DNA of 64,000 nt, from the NCBI GenBank assembly GCA_947629025.1, contig CANRCC010000003.1, positions 7,521-71,520 of the forward strand. The letters run 5' to 3'. Each line of letters opens with the position of its first letter. Position 1 is the stretch's first letter. This document shows positions 1-9,804 of the stretch, piece after piece. The stretch is from an uncultured Bacilli bacterium. GTDB taxonomy: Bacteria; Bacillota_I; Bacilli_A; RF39; UBA660. The notes beneath the pieces were generated by a model. That model was not told the origin of the DNA. It ran no database searches and saw nothing but the letters and a program-made list of their open reading frames with translations. The position numbers and the translations under genes were made by a program.

Positions 1-296
1 TTTAAATTATAATTTTTTTCTTCTATATTAACTAATTTATCATAAATAATTTCTTTATTTACATTATTGTAGTAAATAGGTACATTATATTTTTCAATTA
101 ATTCTGATAATGCCCCTATATGATCAAAATGTGCATGGGTAATTAATATTCCTACTACATTTACTTTTAAATTTTCTATTTTTGAATATATTTTATCAAA
201 TTCATCACCTGGATCTATAACTATACAATTATTATTTTTTATAAGTAAATAACAATTTTCACGATATTGTCCAACTACTAACTTTTCTACTCTCAT
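1..296 (-). CDS. MBL-fold metallo-hydrolase (hydroxyacylglutathione hydrolase-like), C-terminally truncated by window edge
   Basis: Reverse-complement translation from ATG at 296 gives MRVEKLVVGQYRENCYLL...ITHAHFDHIGAL, containing the HxHxDH metallo-beta-lactamase motif. The reading frame is open to position 1. Confidence 0.7.
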   Translation of the reverse strand, partial: MRVEKLVVGQYRENCYLLIKNNNCIVIDPGDEFDKIYSKIENLKVNVVGILITHAHFDHIGALSELIEKYNVPIYYNNVNKEIIYDKLVNIEEKNYNL

Positions 297-306
297 AAAA
301 TATCAC

Positions 307-810
307 CTAATCAAACATATTAATAAGTTCTTCTAAAGATGTTATATTTAAAAATTTACAATTATTTTCTTTTTCTTTTGAAAATTTTACGCCTATTCCT
401 CCTGCTTCTTCCCATTCTTTTAAATTACCTGAAAAATCATCTACCAATATTGCACCTACTGTTTGAGTCATTTTAGTTTTTGATATATCTTTTGGTACTG
501 GTATGATAGTTAAATCAGGAGTTATTCCATCTAAAAATTTTATTTTTGCTTTTGCTTCCTTTAGTGAATTAACATGTGTTAAGATTGATATGTTAAATTT
601 ACCAGATTCTGATAATTTTTTTATAGCATTTACACTATCATTCAAATCAAGTGAATCTTCTATTAATTCTTCCCAATCAATTTTTGAAAATAACATACCT
701 ACCTCTTTTGTTTGAGTTTTAACATCTAAATTTAGTTGTTTTGCAAGTTTATATACTGGTGGAAGTGTATCAAGTATTACTCCATCAAAATCTATATATA
801 AATTTTTCAT
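307..810 (-). CDS. HAD-superfamily hydrolase / nucleotidase-like
   Basis: MKNLYIDFDGVILDT carries the HAD motif I (DxDGV). The internal ATG at 810 shares one nucleotide with the upstream stop (TAATG junction). The ORF-track start at 846 would overlap the upstream gene by 37 nt. Confidence 0.65.
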   Translation of the reverse strand: MKNLYIDFDGVILDTLPPVYKLAKQLNLDVKTQTKEVGMLFSKIDWEELIEDSLDLNDSVNAIKKLSESGKFNISILTHVNSLKEAKAKIKFLDGITPDLTIIPVPKDISKTKMTQTVGAILVDDFSGNLKEWEEAGGIGVKFSKEKENNCKFLNITSLEELINMFD

Positions 811-1490
811 TATAACATCTCCTTTACATCTTTTATCATATTCCATATTCCATCTTCTTTTGGAAAATATTTAAATTTCATAATTTCTTTTGTTACTGGA
901 TGAGTAAGCTTTAATTTATATGCATAAAGTGCGATTTGTTTTTTATCTTGAATACCATATCTTTGATCACCATATAATGGATTACCATTATTACTCATTT
1001 GAACTCTTATTTGATGATGTCTACCTGTTATTAAATTTATTTTTAATAATGATAGATCTTTTTTATTATCATACTTTAATAATTCATATTCTAAAATAGA
1101 TTCTTTTCCATTTTCATTATCAATATATGAAGTATTAGTTTTATTATCTTTTTTTAATTTATCTATTAATTTACCACTTTTGTTATCTAATTTACCATGT
1201 ACTATTGCAAGATATGTTTTTTTTACTTTATTTAATCTTACATCATTACTTAATCTTGATGCTGCTTTACTAGTTTTAGCAAATACCATTACTCCACCAA
1301 CTGGTCTATCTAATCTATGAATAAGTCCTAAATATACATTACCTTTTTTATTATATTTTTTCTTTAAATAACTTTTAATAATAGTAAGCATATCTATATC
1401 TTTACTAGAATCTTCTTGTACAGGTACATTTATTATTTTTTCAACAACAATAATATGATTATCTTCATATAAAACATTTAGATTATTCAT
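810..1490 (-). CDS. RluA-family pseudouridine synthase (no S4 domain)
   Basis: HRLDRPVGGVMVFAK contains the catalytic aspartate motif. The likely start is MNNLNVLYEDNHIIVVEK. It overlaps the upstream methyltransferase by 8 nt. Confidence 0.85.
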   Translation of the reverse strand: MNNLNVLYEDNHIIVVEKIINVPVQEDSSKDIDMLTIIKSYLKKKYNKKGNVYLGLIHRLDRPVGGVMVFAKTSKAASRLSNDVRLNKVKKTYLAIVHGKLDNKSGKLIDKLKKDNKTNTSYIDNENGKESILEYELLKYDNKKDLSLLKINLITGRHHQIRVQMSNNGNPLYGDQRYGIQDKKQIALYAYKLKLTHPVTKEIMKFKYFPKEDGIWNMIKDVKEML

Positions 1491-2352
1491 TACTTTCCCA
1501 TCTTCCATATATTCCACATGGTAATATTAAATTACTATTTTCCATAGGTAAACCAATTTCATCTGATGTTATTGTTCCTTTAAATTTCTTATTAACTGTC
1601 AAAGATAAAATATTTTCTAAAACAGTTTTACTCATACCTGTTGTATATGAATTAATTAAGAAAAATAATGGTTTATCACTTAGAATTTGACTACATAATT
1701 CTACAAGATTATATAAATCATTTTCTATATTCCAAACCTCCTTATTAGCACCTCTACCAAATGATGGTGGATCCATAATAATAACATCATATTTATTTCC
1801 TCTTCTTATTTCTCTTTTAACAAATTTTATTACATCATCAACTATAAATCTAACATATATATCTTCTAGATTTGAGCTTTTTATATTTTCTTTAGCCCAT
1901 TCTATCATACCTTTTGATGAATCAACATGAACAACAGATGCACCTGCATAAGCACACGCAACTGTCGCACCACCTGTATATGCAAATAAATTAAGGACTT
2001 TAATTTCTCGTTTACTATTTTTTATTTTATCAATCATATAATCCCAATTTACTGCTTGTTCTGGAAAAAGTCCTGTATGTTTAAATCCCATTAATTTTAT
2101 ATTAAATGTTAAGTCTTTATAATTAACTGTCCATCTATCTTGAATATTTTTTTTATATTCCCAGTATCCTCCACCACTTTTACTTCTATGATATACAGCA
2201 TTTGATTTTTCCCAAACTTTTTCATTTTGTTTAGATTTCCATACTATCTGTGGATCTGGTCTTGTAAGTATTACACCATTCCAGGATTCTACTTTCATAC
2301 CATCAGACATATCTAATATTTTATAATCAGTCCAGTTATTTGCTATCTTCAT
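1483..2352 (-). CDS. Class I SAM-dependent RNA methyltransferase (COG1092/RlmI-like, PUA-like N-terminus)
   Basis: LFAYTGGATVACAYAGA matches SAM-binding motif I. IIMDPPSFGR matches motif IV (DPP). It is co-oriented and overlaps the RluA gene. Confidence 0.75.
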   Translation of the reverse strand: MKIANNWTDYKILDMSDGMKVESWNGVILTRPDPQIVWKSKQNEKVWEKSNAVYHRSKSGGGYWEYKKNIQDRWTVNYKDLTFNIKLMGFKHTGLFPEQAVNWDYMIDKIKNSKREIKVLNLFAYTGGATVACAYAGASVVHVDSSKGMIEWAKENIKSSNLEDIYVRFIVDDVIKFVKREIRRGNKYDVIIMDPPSFGRGANKEVWNIENDLYNLVELCSQILSDKPLFFLINSYTTGMSKTVLENILSLTVNKKFKGTITSDEIGLPMENSNLILPCGIYGRWESNE

Positions 2353-2432
2353 AAGTTCACTTCCTACTAGATATTATATATTATATAAAAGAAAAAAACT
2401 AGTGTATAAACACTAATTTTACTCTATTGTAA

Positions 2433-4538
2433 TTAAAAATTGTAAATGTTAGTACTTGGTGAATATGAATATGTTTTTCCATTAAATTCCTTAGTTTCTT
2501 TTTTACTTGCATTTTTAAATTCATCTAAATCGATAAATCCATATAATACATCAATAAGGTTACCATCTTTATCATATCCATCTACATTAAATGAAATTTT
2601 AATATCGTCACCATATTTTTCATATAAATCATTTGTTGTTGTACCTGGTTTACGTATAACAATAGGAGTGTCTGTTCCATCATATACTACAATAAGTGAT
2701 ATTTGATAATAATCACAGTCTTGTTTATGAGGATATCCCATACTTCCTGTATAATCTGGATTTTGGGCCCATTTTATTACGCTATACTTTTCATCATCTA
2801 CTTCTCTAACTAACTTAACCTTAGTCCCAATACCAAATCCACAAGTTTCTGTTTCTTTTTCTTTTGATACTTCTTTTTCTTTATTATTATCTTCTTTTGT
2901 AACAACACTATTATTTACATTATTTTCTTTTGTAACAACGTTATTATTTACATTATCAGTATTTTCACTTTTACTTTCAATTTTAGATATTTTGCTTTCG
3001 TTTGCATTTGCAACTATTTTTGACTCTTCTGTTACTTTTTCTGTTGTCATTCTATCTCTATCTACTATTTCTTCAATTGTTATATGTTCTTTTTTAATCT
3101 CCTGTGTAGTTGCTTTTTCTTCTGTAGTTTGTGTTTGTGTTGTTTTTTCTTCTGTAGTTATTTTCTTATCTTTAGTTTCTTTAGTTGAATCTTTTGTTTT
3201 TTCTACAACATATTTAGAATCATCATCAATATTAATATTTTTTACTAATTTATTTCCACCAATTCCTAATGCTAATATTGCCATACCAGCAATTAATGTT
3301 TGTGGAACTAATTTAGATGGACATATTGTAGTTTTAACTGAACTATTTTCACCAGATAATGACATTTGATTATATGCAGTTACGCATTGAGTAAGTCTAT
3401 TTTTAAAACTTAATCTACCTTTATATTTTTTATTTTTTCTTTCTTTTGCAAATATATCTTTAAATGAGAACATATTTGTTAAATCATATTTTATACTTAC
3501 ATTTGCATTACCATTTAGATAATCTTTAATAAAATCAGCTTGATATTTTTCACTTAATATACATAAAGATTTATATAATTGTATATCTACTTTTTTAGCA
3601 AATATTGAATATTCTTCTCCATATTCCTTTATAAGTTTTCTTCTTATTCTATTACTACTTATATCTTTATTTTGAATAGTTATAGGAAACTTAAATCTCT
3701 TAAGTTCACCATTAATTTTTACTGTTCCCTCTACCTTATAAGTGTCTAATGCAGAATTATATATCATTTTTAAATTATTTAATTTAACACTTCTATTTTT
3801 TCTTTCATTATTATTCTTTTTCTTATCATTACTTTGAGTATCATTGTTTGATACATTAGTCTGATTAGAAAAATCATTTGTTTTTGAAGATGATTTAACA
3901 ATACTATTATTTTTTTGCTCAACATTTCTTTTTACATTTTCAGCACTTTTAGGTGTAAAAGCAATAGTATTACTATATGAATCATCACTTTTATTTTCAA
4001 AGTTTATATTAGAGACACTATTTTGTATTTTTTCTTCTTCTTTTATACTTTCTTTACTATCTGCATTTGGTTTTTCTTCTCCCATAATTTTATTACGCAT
4101 AGCAGTTAACTTATTAATTTCATCTTCTAAAATTTCTTTTTCTCTTACAAAAAGTTTTGTTAATTCAGCATTTTCTTTATTTTTTGTTATTTTAACTGAT
4201 ACTGCTATTAACTCTTTATTTTTTTCTTCTAGTTCTTTTTCAATATCTTTTATTGTTGAATCTACATCTTCTTTTGGATATGTAGAATATTTATTTTCTC
4301 CAAATACAGTATCCATAATATATTGTCTTAATTGATCAACTAAAACTACCATTTTTTCTTTTTCTTGTACTCTAATATCTTTTTCATTTTGTAAATTACT
4401 AACTAATTGTAAATCATTTTTATTATTTTCTATTTTTGCTAATATGGCATTTATTTTTTCATCTTCATTTTTAATCTTTTTTTCTAGACTATTTATTGTG
4501 TTATTTACAATAACAATTGTCTTTGAATTTTCACCCAT
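2433..4538 (-). CDS. Large coiled-coil single-pass membrane protein, paralog A (unknown function)
   Basis: GAGGGGG ribosome-binding site 9 nt before ATG at 4538 (the track start at 4562 is a TTG). Layout is an N-terminal coiled coil, an Asn/Ser-rich low-complexity region, a conserved mid-domain, one transmembrane helix (LIAGMAILALGIGG), a Thr/Glu-rich linker TTEEKTTQTQTTE and a 140 aa C-terminal domain. Confidence 0.6.
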   Translation of the reverse strand: MGENSKTIVIVNNTINSLEKKIKNEDEKINAILAKIENNKNDLQLVSNLQNEKDIRVQEKEKMVVLVDQLRQYIMDTVFGENKYSTYPKEDVDSTIKDIEKELEEKNKELIAVSVKITKNKENAELTKLFVREKEILEDEINKLTAMRNKIMGEEKPNADSKESIKEEEKIQNSVSNINFENKSDDSYSNTIAFTPKSAENVKRNVEQKNNSIVKSSSKTNDFSNQTNVSNNDTQSNDKKKNNNERKNRSVKLNNLKMIYNSALDTYKVEGTVKINGELKRFKFPITIQNKDISSNRIRRKLIKEYGEEYSIFAKKVDIQLYKSLCILSEKYQADFIKDYLNGNANVSIKYDLTNMFSFKDIFAKERKNKKYKGRLSFKNRLTQCVTAYNQMSLSGENSSVKTTICPSKLVPQTLIAGMAILALGIGGNKLVKNINIDDDSKYVVEKTKDSTKETKDKKITTEEKTTQTQTTEEKATTQEIKKEHITIEEIVDRDRMTTEKVTEESKIVANANESKISKIESKSENTDNVNNNVVTKENNVNNSVVTKEDNNKEKEVSKEKETETCGFGIGTKVKLVREVDDEKYSVIKWAQNPDYTGSMGYPHKQDCDYYQISLIVVYDGTDTPIVIRKPGTTTNDLYEKYGDDIKISFNVDGYDKDGNLIDVLYGFIDLDEFKNASKKETKEFNGKTYSYSPSTNIYNF

Positions 4539-4626
4539 GTATAATACCCCCTCGTTTAACAAGTGAATATTATAGCATTTTTTATATTTTTGTCAAATTT
4601 TATAGATATTATGGTATAAATATTAA

Positions 4627-5133
4627 CTAAATTGATAATTTTTCTTTTATTTCATATGTATATTTCATTATTTTATCACTATCATTTGATTTAATTACTT
4701 TATCACTTTCATCAATAATATTATCTATTATCTTTACATTTTTCATTATATTAGTAGAATCTATATTTATTTTTTCAAGTTTTAGATCTATATCATCAAG
4801 TTTATCGTATGTTTTTAGAAAACTTTTATATTCTTTTACATAATTTATTAAATCTATTATAAAAATTAATACACAAATTAGTACAAATACATAAGCAAGC
4901 TCATTTTTAAAAATAGCAAAACAAGATGCGGTAGTTACAATTAATTCTAATACTAATCTTCTTAAATTATCTGTCTGACTATAACTTATTTCACAAAGTT
5001 CATCTTCTATATTTTTTCTTTCATCAGTAATTTTATTATACTTATTTTCTAACTTTAAATATTCATAAAAACTATGGTTTCTAATTAATTTTAAATTTGC
5101 TGTTATTTCTTTTAATTCATTTTCTTTTCCCAT
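4627..5133 (-). CDS. Hypothetical membrane protein (one TM helix, coiled-coil flanks)
   Basis: ORF with a hydrophobic segment VFVLICVLIFIIDLI. Its start lies 9 nt after the exonuclease stop, which suggests an operon. Confidence 0.5.
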   Translation of the reverse strand: MGKENELKEITANLKLIRNHSFYEYLKLENKYNKITDERKNIEDELCEISYSQTDNLRRLVLELIVTTASCFAIFKNELAYVFVLICVLIFIIDLINYVKEYKSFLKTYDKLDDIDLKLEKINIDSTNIMKNVKIIDNIIDESDKVIKSNDSDKIMKYTYEIKEKLSI

Positions 5134-5142
5134 AACCCACCT

Positions 5143-5679
5143 TTAATGCTTTCTTTTATTTTTACAATATTGATATACTTCATTACAAGTATAACAATCA
5201 CAAATAGATCTATGAGAATCATATTTTAAATTTAGATACTCTTTTAGTGTCTTAAGTCTATGATTTTTTATATCATATATAGTAATTCTTGATAAAAATA
5301 ATGTATCAATAACTTTATTAGTTAATTTTTTCTTATGAATTTCTTTTAAATTATAATTTATAAAATCAATATCAAATGAAATATTATGTCCTATTACTGG
5401 ATAATCTTCAATAAAATCTAAAAATAATGGTAATACTTGTAAAATATTTGGCTTATCTTTAAGCATATCATCAGTAATACCTGTTACATCAGTTATTATT
5501 TTTTCTAATTTTATACCTGGATTAATTAAGTAATTAAACTCTGATACTTTAGTATTATTTTTATATTTAACTGCACCTATTTCAATAATTTTATCATCTT
5601 TTGGACTTAGGCCACTAGTTTCTATATCAAATACTACATAATCATCTGGAAATTCATTAACACTTAAAAATTTATACAT
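5143..5679 (-). CDS. DnaQ-like DEDDh 3'-5' exonuclease (stand-alone epsilon-like)
   Basis: Exo I FDIETSGL, Exo II HNISFDIDF and Exo III HRSICDCY motifs are present. Confidence 0.85.
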   Translation of the reverse strand: MYKFLSVNEFPDDYVVFDIETSGLSPKDDKIIEIGAVKYKNNTKVSEFNYLINPGIKLEKIITDVTGITDDMLKDKPNILQVLPLFLDFIEDYPVIGHNISFDIDFINYNLKEIHKKKLTNKVIDTLFLSRITIYDIKNHRLKTLKEYLNLKYDSHRSICDCYTCNEVYQYCKNKRKH

Positions 5680-5741
5680 AACAATTTCTTTCTAGCAATA
5701 ATGCAAAATTATTATAGTACTTTTATTTATTTTTATCAATA

Positions 5742-6524
5742 CTATTTTTTTATGAATTTTATATATAATTTTATTAAAATATTTTGTAATAATGGCGCTC
5801 TATAAATTGATTTTGGATTATTTGATAAAGATGCTTTAACTATTTTATTAGAAATCGAACTAAGATCTTTACATCCTACAAAATTTAATATTTCATTTTC
5901 TAAAACCATTATTGAATTATTTAATTCTTTAAATCTACTGTTAGTATTATCATATTTACTATCAAGCATTACTTTATTAAAACCTGTTTTATATATTCCT
6001 GGTTCTATAAGTATAATATCTACATTATTATTTATTAGTTTTATTTCTTTTCTTAAGCAGTTTCCAAGCATAGAAATACTTGCTTTAGTACTCGCATATA
6101 TACCTAAAAATGGAATTGGTATATTAGCAATCATAGAAGACATTATAACTATTTTTCCACTATTTTTATTTAACATATTATTAAGAACTATTTGTACTAC
6201 TTCAAAATTAGAAAAAACATTTACTTCATAATTTTCTCTTACATCATTCATATCTGCTTCTAATATACTTCCTCCAATACCAATTGCTGCATTACTTACT
6301 AGAATATCTATATCCATATTTTTTAATTTTTCTCTATCTTCTTTATCCTTAACATCTAGTTTAAAAGATCCTATATGTAGTTTATCATTTTCTAGTTTTT
6401 CTCTTAAAACCTCTAATTGTTTATCTGTTTCAACTGAAAAAAATACATTATATCCTTTTTTTGCAAAATTCATACCTACATTATATCCTATACCTGAGGC
6501 TGCGCCTGTTATTAAAATATTCAT
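5742..6524 (-). CDS. SDR-family oxidoreductase
   Basis: MNILITGAASGIG is the Rossmann TGxxxGxG motif. The catalytic YASTK (YxxxK) is present. The internal ATG start at 6524 is preferred over the track start. Confidence 0.85.
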   Translation of the reverse strand: MNILITGAASGIGYNVGMNFAKKGYNVFFSVETDKQLEVLREKLENDKLHIGSFKLDVKDKEDREKLKNMDIDILVSNAAIGIGGSILEADMNDVRENYEVNVFSNFEVVQIVLNNMLNKNSGKIVIMSSMIANIPIPFLGIYASTKASISMLGNCLRKEIKLINNNVDIILIEPGIYKTGFNKVMLDSKYDNTNSRFKELNNSIMVLENEILNFVGCKDLSSISNKIVKASLSNNPKSIYRAPLLQNILIKLYIKFIKK

Positions 6525-6583
6525 ATTATCACCATTATTATATTTATCAAATATGAATAAAAAATGCATAAAAAAACAAAGTA

Positions 6584-8155
6584 TTATTTCAACTTTGCTA
6601 CATTATCGTTTTTCAAATCACTTTGTTTTACCCAACCTAATTGGTTATTCATAACATTTCCATTCTCATCTAATGCTTCTATTAAGAATGATAATTTAAT
6701 ATTATCTTTATCATATCCCATTTGTTCACATTCATCTAAAATTTTATCTATTGTCATATTACTATCTTTAACTACTTTTATTATTTCTGAACCTGCTTTT
6801 GTATCACTAACTACAGATATTGCACCTATTCTAAATCCTGGAATATTCCAATTTTCAGTATTACCAGCAGGTTGTGATGCAGAACTTGAACTATATAAAT
6901 CTACAGAATCTAATTCTATCATATCTCCAACTTTTGTATTATCTTTTTCATCTTCTTCATCTTTAGATACAGTTATTTCTTCTTTTTTAGTTCCTTCTTC
7001 CTTTGGTAATTCTTCTGGAGTTTCTTTTTTATCTTCAGTAGTTTGTGTTTGTGTTGTTTTTTCCTCCGTTGTTATTTTTTCAGTTGTTTTTTCTTCTTTC
7101 TTTATTTCTTCTGTTGTATTTGTATCTTCTGTTGTTTTTTCTATTACTGAATTTGGTTTATTATCATTATTATTTGTTGATGTAATTGAAGTAGCTGCAC
7201 CAAATGCTGCTAATCCTGCACCTAATAAAATTGCTGCTTTTTTATTTGAAAATTTTACAACATTACAATTTTCGTGCAACTTACTATATTCTTTAGCAAC
7301 TTTTTTAATCTCTTTTTTATCTTTACTAGTAAGATATTGCTTACCTACATGAGCAAATTTTCTAAAATCATATAAAATTTTTCCATCAAAAGTATTATTA
7401 AGATATTTTTCTTTAGCATTTGTATTAAATTCTCTATCAAAATTTTCTAATGCATTAACTAAATTCAAATCTATATTTTCTCCATATTTTTCTATTAATG
7501 ACTTTGTATTACTATTATTTTTATCTAATAATTCTTTTGATACAACATAAAGTTTTGGAACACTTGTATATGGTGAATTTATTTGGTATGTACCTGTTTT
7601 CCCATCAAATACAATTTTCATATTTTTTGTTGTATCATCTCTCATTGATCTATCTACTGCTGCTTTTATAACCTCTTTTGGTAATTCAATAGTTGCTTCT
7701 AAATCTTCTTCTTTTGCTTCATTTTCTTTACTTTCTTCTTGTACTTGTTTTTCTGCTTCTTCTTTTGTTATTTCATTTCCGTTTTCATCATAATATTGCT
7801 CATCATTATCTTTAGCATCTGGTGTTTCTTGTATTTCCATATCTTTTGGAATTGATGGAGCTGGTTCTTCTACTACAGTTGTAACAATTTTTTCTTCAGT
7901 ATCTTCTCCTTTTGCTTTTTTTATTCTTTCAGTTAACTCTTCTTGTCTTTTTCTTAACACAGAAATATCTTTTAGTATTTTTCTTTGTTCTATATTTATT
8001 CTTTTAATTTCCGCTATTAAATTTTGATCAACATCTAAATTAGCATCTAAACTTTCTTCATACTTTTTATTTAATAAACTTAATCTATCTTTATTGCTAT
8101 TATATTTTTCTTCATTTTCCTTTATTAAGTCATTTAAATCTCTTGTATCGTCCAT
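6584..8155 (-). CDS. Large coiled-coil single-pass membrane protein, paralog B (unknown function)
   Basis: AGGTGA ribosome-binding site before ATG at 8155 (the track start is a GTG). It has the same architecture as 2433-4538: a coiled coil, a mid-domain homologous to paralog A (IEKYGE...KILYDFRKF), a TM helix AAILLGAGLAAFGAA, an identical TTEEKTTQTQTTE linker and a different C-terminal domain. Confidence 0.6.
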   Translation of the reverse strand: MDDTRDLNDLIKENEEKYNSNKDRLSLLNKKYEESLDANLDVDQNLIAEIKRINIEQRKILKDISVLRKRQEELTERIKKAKGEDTEEKIVTTVVEEPAPSIPKDMEIQETPDAKDNDEQYYDENGNEITKEEAEKQVQEESKENEAKEEDLEATIELPKEVIKAAVDRSMRDDTTKNMKIVFDGKTGTYQINSPYTSVPKLYVVSKELLDKNNSNTKSLIEKYGENIDLNLVNALENFDREFNTNAKEKYLNNTFDGKILYDFRKFAHVGKQYLTSKDKKEIKKVAKEYSKLHENCNVVKFSNKKAAILLGAGLAAFGAATSITSTNNNDNKPNSVIEKTTEDTNTTEEIKKEEKTTEKITTEEKTTQTQTTEDKKETPEELPKEEGTKKEEITVSKDEEDEKDNTKVGDMIELDSVDLYSSSSASQPAGNTENWNIPGFRIGAISVVSDTKAGSEIIKVVKDSNMTIDKILDECEQMGYDKDNIKLSFLIEALDENGNVMNNQLGWVKQSDLKNDNVAKLK

Positions 8156-8203
8156 GATATTCACCTACTTTACACACATTATAACATAAATTTTATATGT
8201 TAT

Positions 8204-9079
8204 CTACATTTTGACAATTTTTTTCATTTCTAATGGTAAATCAGAAGTAAACTGAATAATTTTACCATTTCTTGGATCAATTAATTTTAACTTATATGCA
8301 TGAAGTGCAAGTCTTTTAATTAATTTATTTTCACAACCATATTTTTTATCACCTATAATTGGTGAAGATAAATCACTTAAATGTACTCTTATTTGATTTT
8401 TTCTACCAGTTTTTATATTTATATCAAGTAATGCATATTTTTCTATTTCTTTTATTACTTTATACTCAGTAATTGCTAGTTTACCATTTACTTTATCATT
8501 TGTAGAATACACTATATGATTTTTATTTTCTTTTAAATATGATTTTATAACTCCTTGTTTATCTTTTAATTTATTTAATACAATGGCATAATAACGTCTT
8601 TCTTTAATTATATCGTTCCATTTATTTTGAAATAAATTTTTAATTTTTTCTGATTTTGCAAATATTAATATTCCAGATGTATCTTTATCTAATCTATGAA
8701 TTATAAAGACTTTATTATTTTTATTTTTTGATTTTAAATAATTCATTACTAGATGATAAATTGTTAAATTTTTCTCTTTTTCTGTTGATATAGTTAATAT
8801 TCCACTTGGTTTATCTACTACAATTATATCTTTATCTTCATAAATTATTTTTAATTTTATATTTGTTTCTTCATCTATAAACTGCGATGTTTTTATAGAT
8901 ATAATATCGCCTTTATGTAACTCATAATTATATTTTGTTTGAAGCTTATCATTTACATACACATTTTTTCTTAAAAGTAAACTTTTTATATTATTTTTTG
9001 ATTCATTACTTAGTTTACTTCTTAAAAAATCATATAATAAATTATCTTCAGAAACATTAATCGTATAATTATTCTTCAT
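8204..9079 (-). CDS. RluD/RluC-like pseudouridine synthase with N-terminal S4 domain
   Basis: S4-like N-terminus (KNVYVNDKLQ...) and catalytic HRLDKDTSGILIFAK. Confidence 0.85.
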   Translation of the reverse strand: MKNNYTINVSEDNLLYDFLRSKLSNESKNNIKSLLLRKNVYVNDKLQTKYNYELHKGDIISIKTSQFIDEETNIKLKIIYEDKDIIVVDKPSGILTISTEKEKNLTIYHLVMNYLKSKNKNNKVFIIHRLDKDTSGILIFAKSEKIKNLFQNKWNDIIKERRYYAIVLNKLKDKQGVIKSYLKENKNHIVYSTNDKVNGKLAITEYKVIKEIEKYALLDINIKTGRKNQIRVHLSDLSSPIIGDKKYGCENKLIKRLALHAYKLKLIDPRNGKIIQFTSDLPLEMKKIVKM

Positions 9080-9104
9080 AATATTTCATCTCTTTTCTAT
9101 GACA

Positions 9105-9803
9105 CTATAATTTTTTTATTATAATTTGAAGTCTTTTATCTTTAGAATTAAATCTTTGTTTTGAATAATTAGTAAGCATAACATATTTTATATTAAATTG
9201 ATTTAATATTTCTTCTATCTTTTTTGGATTATATATTAAATATCTATGTTCCATTTCAAATTTTTTTGCACCTATATAAAATGATATTTTTCTATAATCT
9301 ATTTCATTTTCTTTATCATATCTAAATTCTATTTGTCTTCTATTACCATCAACCTTATCTTCAAAAGAACCAGTTAATCTACTATTATCAAAATCTATTA
9401 TTATCATTCCATTTTTTTTAGTATAATAAAGCATATTATTTATTGCAATTTTAAATTCATCATAATTATTTAAGTGATTTAATACAGATTTCATACATAT
9501 TATAGCATCATATTTTTCTTCAAGTTTCATATCAAGAACATCCATTTTATATAATGGGCATTTAACTTTTGTTTTTGCAACCATAAGCATTTTTGAACTA
9601 ATATCAATTCCATGAACAATATAACCTAAGTTATTAAGAATATCTAAATGAGTACCTGTTCCGCATCCTACATCTAATACTCTTTTTCTATTTTGAAGCA
9701 TATCTAGTAAGTATTTACCCTCTATATTATAATCTCTATACTTATTAAAGATATCATAAAAATTAGCATATTTATAATAATCTTTATATAGTATTTCTGT
9801 CAT
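9105..9803 (-). CDS. Class I SAM-dependent methyltransferase
   Basis: VLDVGCGTGTH is motif I. Its start abuts the stop of the polyprenyl synthase gene. Confidence 0.75.
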   Translation of the reverse strand: MTEILYKDYYKYANFYDIFNKYRDYNIEGKYLLDMLQNRKRVLDVGCGTGTHLDILNNLGYIVHGIDISSKMLMVAKTKVKCPLYKMDVLDMKLEEKYDAIICMKSVLNHLNNYDEFKIAINNMLYYTKKNGMIIIDFDNSRLTGSFEDKVDGNRRQIEFRYDKENEIDYRKISFYIGAKKFEMEHRYLIYNPKKIEEILNQFNIKYVMLTNYSKQRFNSKDKRLQIIIKKL

Positions 9804-9804
9804 A

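Noticed and set aside
2992-3369. Plus-strand ORFs inside minus-strand genes (for example 2992-3369, 6564-7352, 44980-45420, 45912-46286, 12356-12634, 23229-23699)
   Set aside because: They are antisense shadow ORFs with Ser/Phe/Leu/Ile-rich low-complexity translations. This is typical of the reverse strand of AT-rich coding sequence. They have no ribosome-binding sites and are fully embedded in well-supported genes.
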